Shown here: positions 18,535 to 28,505 of the stretch, piece by piece
How positions within the stretch are numbered: the stretch's first letter is position 1
Layout: each line of letters begins with the position of its first letter
Source of the DNA: Anaerolineae bacterium
GTDB taxonomy: Bacteria > Chloroflexota > Anaerolineae > S140-20
Direction of reading: 5' to 3'
NCBI GenBank assembly: GCA_027021705.1
Contig: JALUTT010000056.1
Location: forward strand, 1 to 64,000
DNA length: 64,000 nt
Made by a program: the position numbers and the translations under genes
Notes under the pieces: generated by a model
Told to the model about the DNA's origin: nothing
What the model saw: the letters and a program-made list of their open reading frames with translations, nothing else
Database searches by the model: none

Positions 18535-18977
18535 TGAGCATAACAGCTATTCCCGCCAGCTTGCGGCGTCAAGTCGCTGCCCGCGCACACCACTGTTGTG
18601 AATATTGCCTGCTGCCGGATGCCCTTTCCTTCTACCCTCATGAGGTGGACCATATTGTCGCTGAGAAGCACGGAGGGGCAACTGACTTGGACAACCTAGC
18701 ACTGGCTTGCTGGCGTTGCAATCGCCATAAGGGTACGGACCTGACATCCATAGACCCTGAGACGGGTACCATCACCCCACTGTTTAATCCCCGCACCCAG
18801 CAATGGCAAAACCATTTTCGCCTTCACGGTGCTGTCATCGAGCCCCTTACCCCTGAAGGGCGGGTCACCGTCTCCTTGCTCCAGTTGAATCATCCTGACC
18901 GTGTTGAAGAGCGCGGGGTCCTCATAGCCAAAGGGCTTTATCCGCCTTCTCACATATCACTGCCCGATCCCGGATGA
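18534..18977 (+). CDS. HNH endonuclease
   Basis: CEYC, EVDHI..KHGG, NLALACWRCNRHK. Confidence 0.92.
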   Translation: MSITAIPASLRRQVAARAHHCCEYCLLPDALSFYPHEVDHIVAEKHGGATDLDNLALACWRCNRHKGTDLTSIDPETGTITPLFNPRTQQWQNHFRLHGAVIEPLTPEGRVTVSLLQLNHPDRVEERGVLIAKGLYPPSHISLPDPG

Positions 18978-19024
18978 TAAGTAGATGCGTGTCCGGGATG
19001 CTGCCTTGCCCATCCGCTCCAAAG

Positions 19025-20071
19025 CTAGCCAACGCAGTATGGTGTGTTTGCCCAGTCCCAGCCGATGCCGGCGATGGCCTGGCCGCAGCGCGGACACCGC
19101 CCGTCGGCCACGGCGTAGTGGACCAGGTCGAAGCCGTAGCGGGCGATGAGCAGGGAGCCGCATTGGGGGCAGTAGGTGTTGTCATAGGGATGACCGGGGA
19201 CGTTGCCTACGTAGACGTAGTGAAGCCCGGCCTCCCGCCCCAAAGCCCACCCCCGCTCCAGCGTCGCGGTCGGCGTCGGCGGTGCGGTGAACCGATAGGC
19301 CGGGTAGTAACCGCTGACGTGCCAGGGCGTCTCCGGCCCCAGCTCCTCGACGATGCGCCGGGCGATGCCGGCGAGGCAGGCGTCGCTGTCGTTGACGCCG
19401 GGGATGACCAGCGTGGTGATCTCCAGGTGCACCCCTAGGTCGCGGGCCTGGCGGCACCGGGCCCAGACCTTCTCCACATCCACGCCCCGCCCATATCGCC
19501 GGACGGCCTCAGCATCCCCCTTGATGTCCACGTTCATCGCATCCAGCCCCGCCTCAACCAGTAGGTCCAGCGCCTCGGCGGTCATATAGCCGTTGGTGAC
19601 GTAGGTGTTGTACATCCCCTGAGCCCGGGCCAGCCGGAAGATGTCCAGCGACCACTCCAAGGAAAGGGTCGGTTCGTTGAAACTGATGGAGGTCCCCTGG
19701 CAGCCTCGGCGCAGCGTCTCCTGGACAAAGGCTTCTGGGGAGAGAGGGGAGCCTTGGGCCGGCGGTGCCGCCTTGCTGATCTCCCAATTCTGACACCAGG
19801 GGCAGCCGAAGTTGCAGCTCCAGCTTCCGGCCGTCAGCGCCCGGCTGCCCGGGTAGAAATGGTAGAGGGGCTTCTTCTCGATGGGGTTGGCCGAGAGGGA
19901 GGAGACCGCCCCGTAGACCAGTGTGTAGAGGGTCCCCTGTCGGTTCACCCGGGTACGGCACCAGCCCTTTCCTCCCTCGACCAGCAGGCAACGCCGCTCG
20001 CAAACCCGGCAGCGCACCTTCCCGCCGACCGACTCCTGCAGCAAAGCCTTTCGGACAAAGGGAGATGACAT
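19025..20071 (-). CDS. amrS: AmmeMemoRadiSam system radical SAM enzyme
   Basis: N-terminal CxxCxxxC, PIEKKPLYHF, CNFGCPWCQNWEIS, YVYVGNV, C-terminal zinc ribbon. Confidence 0.92.
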   Translation of the reverse strand: MSSPFVRKALLQESVGGKVRCRVCERRCLLVEGGKGWCRTRVNRQGTLYTLVYGAVSSLSANPIEKKPLYHFYPGSRALTAGSWSCNFGCPWCQNWEISKAAPPAQGSPLSPEAFVQETLRRGCQGTSISFNEPTLSLEWSLDIFRLARAQGMYNTYVTNGYMTAEALDLLVEAGLDAMNVDIKGDAEAVRRYGRGVDVEKVWARCRQARDLGVHLEITTLVIPGVNDSDACLAGIARRIVEELGPETPWHVSGYYPAYRFTAPPTPTATLERGWALGREAGLHYVYVGNVPGHPYDNTYCPQCGSLLIARYGFDLVHYAVADGRCPRCGQAIAGIGWDWANTPYCVG

Positions 20072-20114
20072 CGTTCCCTACCGAGCAACCCTCCTCCCGG
20101 CCCTACCCCTGTCC

Positions 20115-20143
20115 AGTATACCATCCCCCGTGCCCAACGTCAA
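20115..20143 (-). promoter_or_regulatory. sigma70-type promoter of amrS
   Basis: Minus strand TTGACG-17 bp-TATACT. Confidence 0.65.
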
Positions 20144-20310
20144 TGAGCGCGCATTGTCAGGGCTTTTGGGTGCTCTAGCGATGGGGCTTTCCCTGTCCCC
20201 CGGACCCGTGATCCAGTGTCAAGGGGTGAAGCCTTGAAAAAACCCCGGTTATGACCTCTCTCCTCTTGTGCTTTTCCCCCACTATGGGGTATAATAGGAG
20301 CACCTGTCTC

Positions 20311-20393
20311 TGTCGCCAACCGCTACGCCGCTGGTCGCTATGTCGCCAACCACTACGTCACCAGCCGCTATACCGCTAACCACCACGCCGTTG
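20311..20393 (+). repeat. 15-bp (30-bp higher-order) tandem repeat in 5' leader
   Basis: TGTCGCCAACCGCTA/CGCCGCTGGTCGCTA/TGTCGCCAACCACTA/CGTCACCAGCCGCTA/TACCGCTAACCACCA, downstream of TATAAT at 20290-20295. Confidence 0.8.
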
Positions 20394-20410
20394 TGCCCAA
20401 GGACGGCTCT

Positions 20411-21052
20411 ATGGAAATCCTCTGGTACGGACACAGTTGCTTTCGCCTGAGCGAGCGGGGTAAGCCCAGCGTCATCACCGACCCTTACGACGAGAGCATC
20501 GGCTACTCCGTCCCCCGTTGGCGGGCCGACGTGGTGACGGTGAGCCACGAGGCTCCCGGCCACGCCAACGTCAAGGCGGTGAAAGGGCGCCGCCAGGTCT
20601 TCACCGGTCCTGGGGAGTACGAAGTCGGCGGCCTCTTCATCACCGGCATCCGCACCTATCGGGACACCCAGAAGGGCCGGAAGAAGGGAACCAACACCGT
20701 CTACCTCTTCGACTTCAACGGCCTGACCATCTGTCACCTGGGGGACCTGGGCCACGTCCCCACCCAGGCCCAGGTGGAGGCCCTGAGCGCTGTGGACATC
20801 CTGCTGATCCCCGTCGGGGGGGGCGGCGGCCTCAACGCCGCCCAGGCCTCCGAAGTGATCAGCTTGCTAGAACCGCGCATCGTCATCCCGATGCACTACA
20901 AGACCAAGGCGACCCGGCTGAAGCTGGAGCCGGTGAGCCGCTTCCTCAAGGCGATGGGGTTGGGCAAGATCGCCCCCCAGCCCTCGCTCAAGGTGACCGC
21001 CGGCCAACTGCCCGAGGAGACCCAGGTGGTCCTCCTCGACTACGTCCGGTGA
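20411..21052 (+). CDS. MBL-fold metallo-hydrolase (Lactamase_B_3-like)
   Basis: WYGHSCF, ITDP, HLGDLG, IPVGG, IPMHY. Confidence 0.9.
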   Translation: MEILWYGHSCFRLSERGKPSVITDPYDESIGYSVPRWRADVVTVSHEAPGHANVKAVKGRRQVFTGPGEYEVGGLFITGIRTYRDTQKGRKKGTNTVYLFDFNGLTICHLGDLGHVPTQAQVEALSAVDILLIPVGGGGGLNAAQASEVISLLEPRIVIPMHYKTKATRLKLEPVSRFLKAMGLGKIAPQPSLKVTAGQLPEETQVVLLDYVR

Positions 21053-21121
21053 GGGGCGTTTCCGGTTCAGGCGTTCCCTTGCCCCCCCCGCCGGAGCCCA
21101 AAGCGCGGAGTTTGGGAGAAG

Positions 21122-21568
21122 ATGGCGACAACCGAGGCCCCTTCCATCCCCTTGGTGGACGAAGAGCGCTTGGTCGAGTTCCTGGCCACACAGCCGGACG
21201 TGGTGGCGGCCTACCTCTTCGGCTCTGCGGCCCGGGGACAGGCCACTCCCCACTCGGACGTGGACATCGCCCTGCTCCTCCGCGAGGTGGACCGCGAGAC
21301 GTTGTGGGAGCGGAGGCTGCAACTGATGGGGGAGTTGGAGCGGTTCGGAGATCGGGTGGACGTCGTCGTCCTCAACCTCGCCCCCTTGCTCCTCCAGCAC
21401 CGGGTGTTGAGCGAGGGCCGGCTGCTCTACGAGGGCGATCGGCCGGCCCGGGTGGAGTTCGAGGTCCGGGTGGGGAAGCGCTACGCCGACTACCGGCCCA
21501 CCCTTGAGTTCTTCAAGCAGGCCCTCTTCCAAGAGATCCGGGAGGGAAGGCTCGGTGGACGCCGATGA
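21122..21568 (+). CDS. mntA: MntA-like minimal nucleotidyltransferase antitoxin (type VII TA)
   Basis: YLFGSAARG...SDVDIA, VDVVVLN. Confidence 0.88.
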   Translation: MATTEAPSIPLVDEERLVEFLATQPDVVAAYLFGSAARGQATPHSDVDIALLLREVDRETLWERRLQLMGELERFGDRVDVVVLNLAPLLLQHRVLSEGRLLYEGDRPARVEFEVRVGKRYADYRPTLEFFKQALFQEIREGRLGGRR

Positions 21569-22043
21569 AGTCATCCTCGAGCGCCTGCTGATGCTGCGTG
21601 ACGAGGTCGCCTACCTGAAGCGGGAGCGCGATGGCCTGTCCGGGTTCGAGGCCTATCGGGACGACAAGCGGTTGCGTCGGGCCGTTGAGCGCTCCCTCCA
21701 GGTCGCCATCGAAGCCTGTCTGGACATCGGCAGGCGCATCATCGCCCTGGAGGGGTTCCGCTACCCCCAGAGCAACCGGGAGGTCTTCCAAATCCTGTCG
21801 GAGGAAGGCGTGGTCCCTTCCGGCCTGTTGCCAACGCTGCTGAACATGGCCCGCTTCCGCAACCTGATCGTCCACGATTACGCTCGGATTGACGACGAAG
21901 TGGTATACGGCATCCTCAAGCGACGCCTGGAGGACCTGGAAGCCTTTGCAGCGGTGGCAGAGTCCTACCTGGAGCGCCGGAGCGGGAGGCGCCCGAGGAG
22001 AAGCCCTGGAGAAACCATCAGCGACGAGGAGCAGGAACGATGA
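21555..22043 (+). CDS. hepT: HepT-like HEPN/DUF86 ribonuclease toxin
   Basis: AVERSLQVAIE, RNLIVHDY (Rx4HxY); overlaps the mntA stop. Confidence 0.88.
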   Translation: MDADEVILERLLMLRDEVAYLKRERDGLSGFEAYRDDKRLRRAVERSLQVAIEACLDIGRRIIALEGFRYPQSNREVFQILSEEGVVPSGLLPTLLNMARFRNLIVHDYARIDDEVVYGILKRRLEDLEAFAAVAESYLERRSGRRPRRSPGETISDEEQER

Positions 22044-23203
22044 GATGGCCTTCGGCCCCCATCCCCCCTTCCTCAACCCTTAGCCCTCAGACCTCGAGGC
22101 CATCCCCCATCCCTTGGCCCTCGGGATGGCCGCTCTTGTTGCTTTTCCTCCTGCTGTTGGCCTTCGGCGGGGGGTGCCGCCGGCAGCCGGAGGGACCGGA
22201 AGCCCAACTGGAGAAGGCCCGTCAGTCCCTGGAGGCCGGTCGGGTGGACGAGGCGATCGGCGAACTGGAGACGATCATCGCCCAGGAGCCGAACCACCTA
22301 GAGGCCCGCCTGCTCCTGGGCGAGGCCCTGGGGAAGGCCGGGCGCTGGTCGGAGGCGGTGGAGCAGTACCAGGCGGCCACCGTCCTACACCCGGACGCCG
22401 CCGAAGCCTTCTACGGCCTGGGTCAGGCCGCCTTCCAGGCCGACCAGATGGAGAAGGCCCTCACCGCCTTCGCCCAGGGGGTCCGCCTGGACCCCGATGG
22501 ACAGGACGCCTACGCCGATGCCATCGCCCAGGTCGCTCAGGCCGGCCTGGAGGCCGGAGAGCGCCAACTGGAGAACGGAGAGATCGCCTCGGCCATCACC
22601 CTCCTCCAGGCGGTCACCCGCCTGGCCCCCGACCAAACCCGAGCCCACTTCCTCCTGGGCAACGCCCTGGTCCAGAGCGGCAACCCGGCCAACCTCCCCC
22701 AGGCCGTTGAGGCCTATCAGCAGGTCCTGAAGCAAGAGCCGGACAATGCGGCGGCCCAAACCAACCTAGGCGTCGCTTACTACCAGATGGGGGAGTTGGA
22801 CAAAGCTGTCGCCGCTTACCGAGATGCACTGGCCCTGGACCCGGAGGATGCGGAGACCCACTATCTCCTAGGCGCGGCCCTGCTCCAAAAGGAACAGCTT
22901 GAAGAGGCCCGGCAGGAGTTCGAGACCGCGCTGGCCCAGGATGCCCAACTGGCGCCGGCCTACATCGGCCTGGGGAACCTCTATTTGCTTCAGGGAAACC
23001 CCAAACAGGCGGTGGCCTACCTGGAGCAGGCCCGCCCGCTGGCCCCCAATTCCCCGGAACTCTACTTCGCCTTGGGCCAGGCTCACGCCCAACTGGGCCA
23101 GAAAGAGGAAGCCCGAGCAGCGCTCCAGCAGTTCCTCTCGCTGAACCCCCCCCAGATGTGGCGCGAGCAGGGGGAGAAGCTGTTGCAAGAACTGGGAGAG
23201 TAG
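22040..23203 (+). CDS. TPR-repeat protein, probable lipoprotein
   Basis: Hydrophobic stretch ending in GGGC, then about 9 TPR repeats. Confidence 0.88.
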   Translation: MRWPSAPIPPSSTLSPQTSRPSPIPWPSGWPLLLLFLLLLAFGGGCRRQPEGPEAQLEKARQSLEAGRVDEAIGELETIIAQEPNHLEARLLLGEALGKAGRWSEAVEQYQAATVLHPDAAEAFYGLGQAAFQADQMEKALTAFAQGVRLDPDGQDAYADAIAQVAQAGLEAGERQLENGEIASAITLLQAVTRLAPDQTRAHFLLGNALVQSGNPANLPQAVEAYQQVLKQEPDNAAAQTNLGVAYYQMGELDKAVAAYRDALALDPEDAETHYLLGAALLQKEQLEEARQEFETALAQDAQLAPAYIGLGNLYLLQGNPKQAVAYLEQARPLAPNSPELYFALGQAHAQLGQKEEARAALQQFLSLNPPQMWREQGEKLLQELGE

Positions 23204-23350
23204 CGAATTGCGGATTGCGAATTGCAAATTGCAGATTGCGAATTGCAAATTGCAACTTGCAACTTGCAACTTGCAGCCTGTAGCTTGTGGATTGTAGGCG
23301 GATTGCAGATGGCAGGCAGATTGCCGATGGCAGATTGTAGTGGCAGATCG
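23204..23350. repeat. degenerate heptamer tandem repeat (GCRRATT / GCAACTT)
   Basis: About 20 decaying 7-bp units filling the intergenic space. Confidence 0.85.
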
Positions 23351-23365
23351 TAGAAGGAGGCCCTG

Positions 23366-26300
23366 ATGCACCGATCTTCTCGTCCCATCCGCTTCTATGG
23401 GTCGCTCATTGTTGCGTTGGTGGTTCAGATGTTGCTGCCTCTGGGGTCGGTCGGCATCGGCGCCGGCGTGGAGGCATTCTCGCCGGACCTGGTGCCCTAC
23501 GGCGGGCAAAGGGTCTCCCCGCTCCCGGCCTGGTTCGCTCCGCCGCCCCGCCCCAGCCAACAAGGGTCCACCCCTACCTTAAGCAAGAGCGCCTCGGTAG
23601 CCACAGCGATCCACGGGGACACTTTCCAGTACACCTTTGTCTTCACCGTCCCGCCGGGCTTCGCGCTGACCACGCTGGAGGACATCCTGCCCTCTTACCC
23701 CCCTCTGGCCTTCATCGCGAACACCCACACAGGCCCCACGCCGCTCACCCCGGGCACGCCCGACGTGGGGACCATCACCCCCACCCTCTCCAGCGGCAAC
23801 CGATGGGCCACTTGGGTCCTGAGCCCCACCATCGTCAACAACAGCAGCCAGGACTACGTCTACCAGATCACCATCTACGCCTGGGTCAGCGGTCAAGGCT
23901 GGGGCACTGCGGCCAACAACGCCAGCCTCTCCTGGACGACGGGCGGGCCGGCCACCGCGTCCACCAGCGTGCAGGTCCAGCACCCCGACATTGAGCGCCA
24001 GGTGATCGGGGTCTCGCCCTACGAGACGGCCTCCAACCCATCGCCCCCTGACCGTTACCTGGACGGCTTGCGGGCCGGCGACGTGGTGACCTTCTACCAG
24101 ATCGTGACCAACACCACGACCAACTACGGCAGCGACGTCAGCCCGGCCTACGACCTGAGCCTCCAGTTTCAGTTGCCTGACTGGCTCGCCTTTGGCGGGA
24201 TGGTCAGTTCCCACGCTGCGCCCATCACCTCTACCGGCGGCAGCGGCCTGAACCGCTACACGCTGCTGGAGTGGCGGGCGACCAGCCTCTCCGGGGGCAA
24301 CGAGTCTGCACTGAACCAACTGGACCCCGGCGGGAGCCTCACCATCGTCTTCACCGCCACGGTCAAGGACAACGTGGCCGCCGGCCGGGACAACAACGCC
24401 CAACTGGACCTGAGCTACTACGACCGCTCCGGCGGCACCTCCCACTCCCTCACGGGCCTTCAGTTGACCTTGCGTTCGGCGGCCCCGACGCTCCAGAAGC
24501 TGGAGACGGACCTGGCGCCGGTGGGGGCGACGCGGGTGAACGATTACATCACCTACACCCTGGTGATCACCACCCCCGGCCCCGGCGTCACCCTCTACAG
24601 CCCCGACCCGCCGACCACGACCATCTGGGTCCGGGATACGCTGCCCGACGGGCTGCACTACGTCACCGGCCTGTACACGCCCGCCGGATGGACGGGGCCG
24701 GTCACCTCGCCGTCGGGCGGCAGCACCCTCATCGAATGGCGCTGGGCCGACGGTGACATCACCCAGACGGTCGTCTACACCTTCCAGTTCCTGGCCCAGG
24801 ACGCGGGCCTGTATGCCAACGGCACCCCCATCCCCCGAGCCCAGTCCCTGAGCAATCGGTTTGACCTCTACTGGTACACCCACGACGCCCAGCAACTCAG
24901 CAGCCTGGCGAGCGTAGCCGTCAACCACGTGCGCCCAGACATCCAGCCCACCAAGAATGCCAGCCCCCCCAGCCTGAGCGGGGGAGGGGAGCAGGTGGTC
25001 TGGACCATCTCCAACCTGTCCAACAGGACGCCCTACGGTGAGACGGCCTACAACATCGTCATCAGCGACTCGCTGCCGCCCGGCTTCACCCTGGTGGGCG
25101 CCTCGCCGCCCGGCTACACCACGGCGACCCTCGGGGGCCGCACCGTCATCACCTGGGGGCCCTACATCAGCCTGACCGCCGGGAGCAGCTTGACCGACCA
25201 CGTGATCACCTCGACGGCCCCCGCCATCCTGCCGGCGGGCCAGGGCTACCTGAACGAGGTGAGCGTCTTCTACACCAACACGCTCCCCTACACGAACACG
25301 GCCTCCCGGTCCGTGGCCGCGCCAGCCCCCGTCCTCCAGAAGAGCGTCTCCCCCGCGGGGGATGTGCGGGTGGGCGAGCACCTCTACTACACTTTGACCG
25401 TGGAGATCGCCCCGGGCGCGGTGGCCTACTGGCCCCGCTACCAGGACACACTGCCCTCAGGCATCCACTACGTCACGGGCACCCTCGCCATCACCAACAC
25501 CTCCCTGATCTCCCCCCTCCTGGTGGAAGCGAGCGGAGGCCGGCAGCAGTTGACCTGGTACGTCAACACCCTCAGCAACCCAGCCTCCTCTCCCCTCTGG
25601 GTGACGGCGACCTTCCAGGCCCGGGTGACGGCGACCGACACCAATGGTGTCGGGCTCTACGTGACCACCAGTGACCTCCAAGGAGGGCCGAACGTCGGGA
25701 ACCGATTCAACCTGGCCTGGTTCTACACCGACACAGCGGGGACGAGCAACTACGACGACAACCTAAACTCGTCATACACCTTTAACTACCTCATCCAGCC
25801 CTACCTGGTGGACCCCAGCTTCCCGGTGACCAAGGTGCTGGTCGCCCCACCCACGACCACCCTGGTCAGCGGGAGCACGCTCATCACCTACGCGCTGACG
25901 GTCTATAACACCGGGCGGGCCTCGGCCTACGACGTGGTGCTCAGCGATACCCTCCCCTGGGGGCTGGAGTTCGTCACCTACACCGCCACGATGGTCAACC
26001 CCTACGGCGGGCAGGTCTACACGCCTACCTTCTCGGCAGAGCCATCCGTCGGCGTGACGGGCACCCTGGTCTGGCAGGTGGACGAGGTGCCGGGGAACGA
26101 CGGCAACAACGCCGCCCGCCCCACCCACCTGACGCTGACCTACACGGTGCGGGCCCGCACCGACGTGGGGGCCGGCGCGCTGCTGACCAACAGCGCCCGG
26201 CTGATGGACTACACCAGCATGCCGGGCAACGTGCCCTTCGAGCGCCACTATGCCGCCCTCAGCGGCTACCCGGCCCTCACCGGCACCGGTCGGCTCCACA

Positions 26301-28369
26301 CCACCGACGCCCTGCAGGTGGTCACCTCTTCTCTGACCAAGACGGCCTCCCTGGCCCAGGCCCCCCTGGGCAGCACCTTCGTCTACACCCTCACCGTCCC
26401 CGCCCCGGCCATCAACGCCACCTTCTACCAGGCGGTGATCACCGACGTGGTGCCGGACGCCTTCCAGATCACGGCGGTGGACGCTCCGGGCGGCAACATC
26501 GCTCAGACGGGCAACACCCTGGTCATCACCTACGCAGCGCTGTCCGGCACCCCGCCGACCGCCATCCACATCACCGTCACCGTCTGGCCCACGGCCACCT
26601 ACGGAACCTACCTCAACGGCGTGACGATGACCTGGCAGACGGAGCCGGCGGGCGGGCTTCGGCACCAGACCACTTTCTCGGGAGCGCCGGTGACCATCAT
26701 CGCGCCCAACGTGGCCCTGAGCAAGGGGGGGGACGCGGCAGCCCTGCCCGACCAGCCCGTGCGCTACACCATCGTCTACACCAACACCGGCCTGGCAACG
26801 GCCAACGGAGTGCGTATCACCGACACGCTGCCCCCCGGCGTGACCCTGCTGGGCTGGAGCGCCAGCCCCAGCCTGACCCTCCTCTCCAGCGATCCCTTGG
26901 TCTGGGATGTGGGCAACCTGGCAATGGGGGCCAGCGGGACCATCTGGATCACGGGGCGTGTCCCCCTGACCCAGCCGCTGGGCTCCCAGATCACCAACAC
27001 GGCGGTCATCGCCACCGGTAGCGCCGGCGACAATCCGGTGGATAACCAGGGCACGGCGACCACCTCCATCGGTGCGGCCGTCCTGACCCTGGTGAAGAAG
27101 GACACCCCCGATCCCGTCTACAGCGGTGGGCGACTGACCTATACGCTCCGCGTGACCAACGAGGGGAACCTGACGGCGGTGGGGTTGATCGTCACGGACC
27201 GGGTACCCCTGAGCACAACGCTGCTCACGGCCGGCGGTGCGGCGACCCAGACCGGAGGTATCAGCGCGGGCAGCCTGATCACCTGGGATGTGGGGGACCT
27301 GCTGGTGGGCGATAGCTCGACCCTGTTCATGGTCGTGCAGGTGGGCAACGGGATCGTGACGGGCACGGTGCTGGTCAACGACCGGTACGGCGTCCAGGCC
27401 GGCCAGACGGTCACCCGCCCTGCCCCTCCTCCGGTGACGACGACCGTCTACGGTCGCCCGGTGCTCCTCCTGACCAAGGAGGCAGCCCCGAGTCCGGTGG
27501 AGCCGGAGCAGACACTCCGCTACACGCTGCGCTACACGAACGCGGGTACGGAGGACGCCCTTCAGGTGCGCATCACCGACGTCTTCCCCGCCGACCTCTT
27601 CCTGCAGGGTTGGAGCGCCGGTCCTGCCCTGACCCAGGTCTCTACGAACCCGCTGGCCTGGGACGTGGGCGAGCTGCCCGTCGGGGCCGGCGGCACCATC
27701 TGGATCACCGGGTACGTGCCTTCCACAATCGGGGTCCCTTCCCTGATCAACCAGGCCGCCATCGTCGGCCAGGGGCTTGATCCCGTCAGCGTCACCCTTG
27801 AGACGCTTATCGGTGGGCCAAAGTACGCTTATCTGCCGCTCATCGTGAAGGGATTCGAGGCCCTGCCCAACCTGATCGTCGCCTCCATTGCCGTCTCACC
27901 AACCACGCCGGTGGCCGGCCAGGCGACGGTGATCAGCGTGACCATCCGCAACGTGGGGAACGTGAGCACGCGCGATCCCTTCTGGGTGGACCTCTACGTA
28001 GACCCCAGCCACGCTCCCCAGCCCGGTGAATTGTGGAACGACGTGAGCAGCTACGGCAAGGCCTGGCTGGTCTATGACGCGCTGGCTCCAGGGGAGAGCT
28101 TGGTGCTCACCACGCTGGACCCCGACGATCCGCAGAACCCGGACGCCCGGTACAGCAACTGGCCCGGCTGGTTCGTCACGCCGGGGGACCATCTGCTCTA
28201 CGCCCGGGTGGACAGCTACGAGGGGCCGGAGGGCTGGATCCCGGAGTTGGATGAGGGGGACAACGGGTACGGGCCGGTGACCGTCACCGTCACGGGCACG
28301 GCGGTTATGGCCACGGAAGCGCCCGCACCGCTTCCGCGCCGAAGGCCGGGGGGAACCGCCGCGCCATAG
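23366..28369 (+). CDS. large exported DUF11/isopeptide-domain repeat surface protein with C-terminal CARDB-like domain
   Basis: Signal peptide; about 10 repeats of K...YT...ITDxLP...W...N; YAYLPLIVK, then PNLIV...IRNVGN...FWVDLY. Confidence 0.85.
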   Translation: MHRSSRPIRFYGSLIVALVVQMLLPLGSVGIGAGVEAFSPDLVPYGGQRVSPLPAWFAPPPRPSQQGSTPTLSKSASVATAIHGDTFQYTFVFTVPPGFALTTLEDILPSYPPLAFIANTHTGPTPLTPGTPDVGTITPTLSSGNRWATWVLSPTIVNNSSQDYVYQITIYAWVSGQGWGTAANNASLSWTTGGPATASTSVQVQHPDIERQVIGVSPYETASNPSPPDRYLDGLRAGDVVTFYQIVTNTTTNYGSDVSPAYDLSLQFQLPDWLAFGGMVSSHAAPITSTGGSGLNRYTLLEWRATSLSGGNESALNQLDPGGSLTIVFTATVKDNVAAGRDNNAQLDLSYYDRSGGTSHSLTGLQLTLRSAAPTLQKLETDLAPVGATRVNDYITYTLVITTPGPGVTLYSPDPPTTTIWVRDTLPDGLHYVTGLYTPAGWTGPVTSPSGGSTLIEWRWADGDITQTVVYTFQFLAQDAGLYANGTPIPRAQSLSNRFDLYWYTHDAQQLSSLASVAVNHVRPDIQPTKNASPPSLSGGGEQVVWTISNLSNRTPYGETAYNIVISDSLPPGFTLVGASPPGYTTATLGGRTVITWGPYISLTAGSSLTDHVITSTAPAILPAGQGYLNEVSVFYTNTLPYTNTASRSVAAPAPVLQKSVSPAGDVRVGEHLYYTLTVEIAPGAVAYWPRYQDTLPSGIHYVTGTLAITNTSLISPLLVEASGGRQQLTWYVNTLSNPASSPLWVTATFQARVTATDTNGVGLYVTTSDLQGGPNVGNRFNLAWFYTDTAGTSNYDDNLNSSYTFNYLIQPYLVDPSFPVTKVLVAPPTTTLVSGSTLITYALTVYNTGRASAYDVVLSDTLPWGLEFVTYTATMVNPYGGQVYTPTFSAEPSVGVTGTLVWQVDEVPGNDGNNAARPTHLTLTYTVRARTDVGAGALLTNSARLMDYTSMPGNVPFERHYAALSGYPALTGTGRLHTTDALQVVTSSLTKTASLAQAPLGSTFVYTLTVPAPAINATFYQAVITDVVPDAFQITAVDAPGGNIAQTGNTLVITYAALSGTPPTAIHITVTVWPTATYGTYLNGVTMTWQTEPAGGLRHQTTFSGAPVTIIAPNVALSKGGDAAALPDQPVRYTIVYTNTGLATANGVRITDTLPPGVTLLGWSASPSLTLLSSDPLVWDVGNLAMGASGTIWITGRVPLTQPLGSQITNTAVIATGSAGDNPVDNQGTATTSIGAAVLTLVKKDTPDPVYSGGRLTYTLRVTNEGNLTAVGLIVTDRVPLSTTLLTAGGAATQTGGISAGSLITWDVGDLLVGDSSTLFMVVQVGNGIVTGTVLVNDRYGVQAGQTVTRPAPPPVTTTVYGRPVLLLTKEAAPSPVEPEQTLRYTLRYTNAGTEDALQVRITDVFPADLFLQGWSAGPALTQVSTNPLAWDVGELPVGAGGTIWITGYVPSTIGVPSLINQAAIVGQGLDPVSVTLETLIGGPKYAYLPLIVKGFEALPNLIVASIAVSPTTPVAGQATVISVTIRNVGNVSTRDPFWVDLYVDPSHAPQPGELWNDVSSYGKAWLVYDALAPGESLVLTTLDPDDPQNPDARYSNWPGWFVTPGDHLLYARVDSYEGPEGWIPELDEGDNGYGPVTVTVTGTAVMATEAPAPLPRRRPGGTAAP

Positions 28370-28505
28370 CCCCAAACCGTAGAAGAATCCCTATGCCTCG
28401 GCGGGCAGGCGTAAGGACGCTCGTGCAACGGATTTCGGAGGGGGGACCAAAGAGTGTTGATCTTGGTATCGGTGAAAGGGGATTATAGTCGAGAAGGAGG
28501 TTCCC

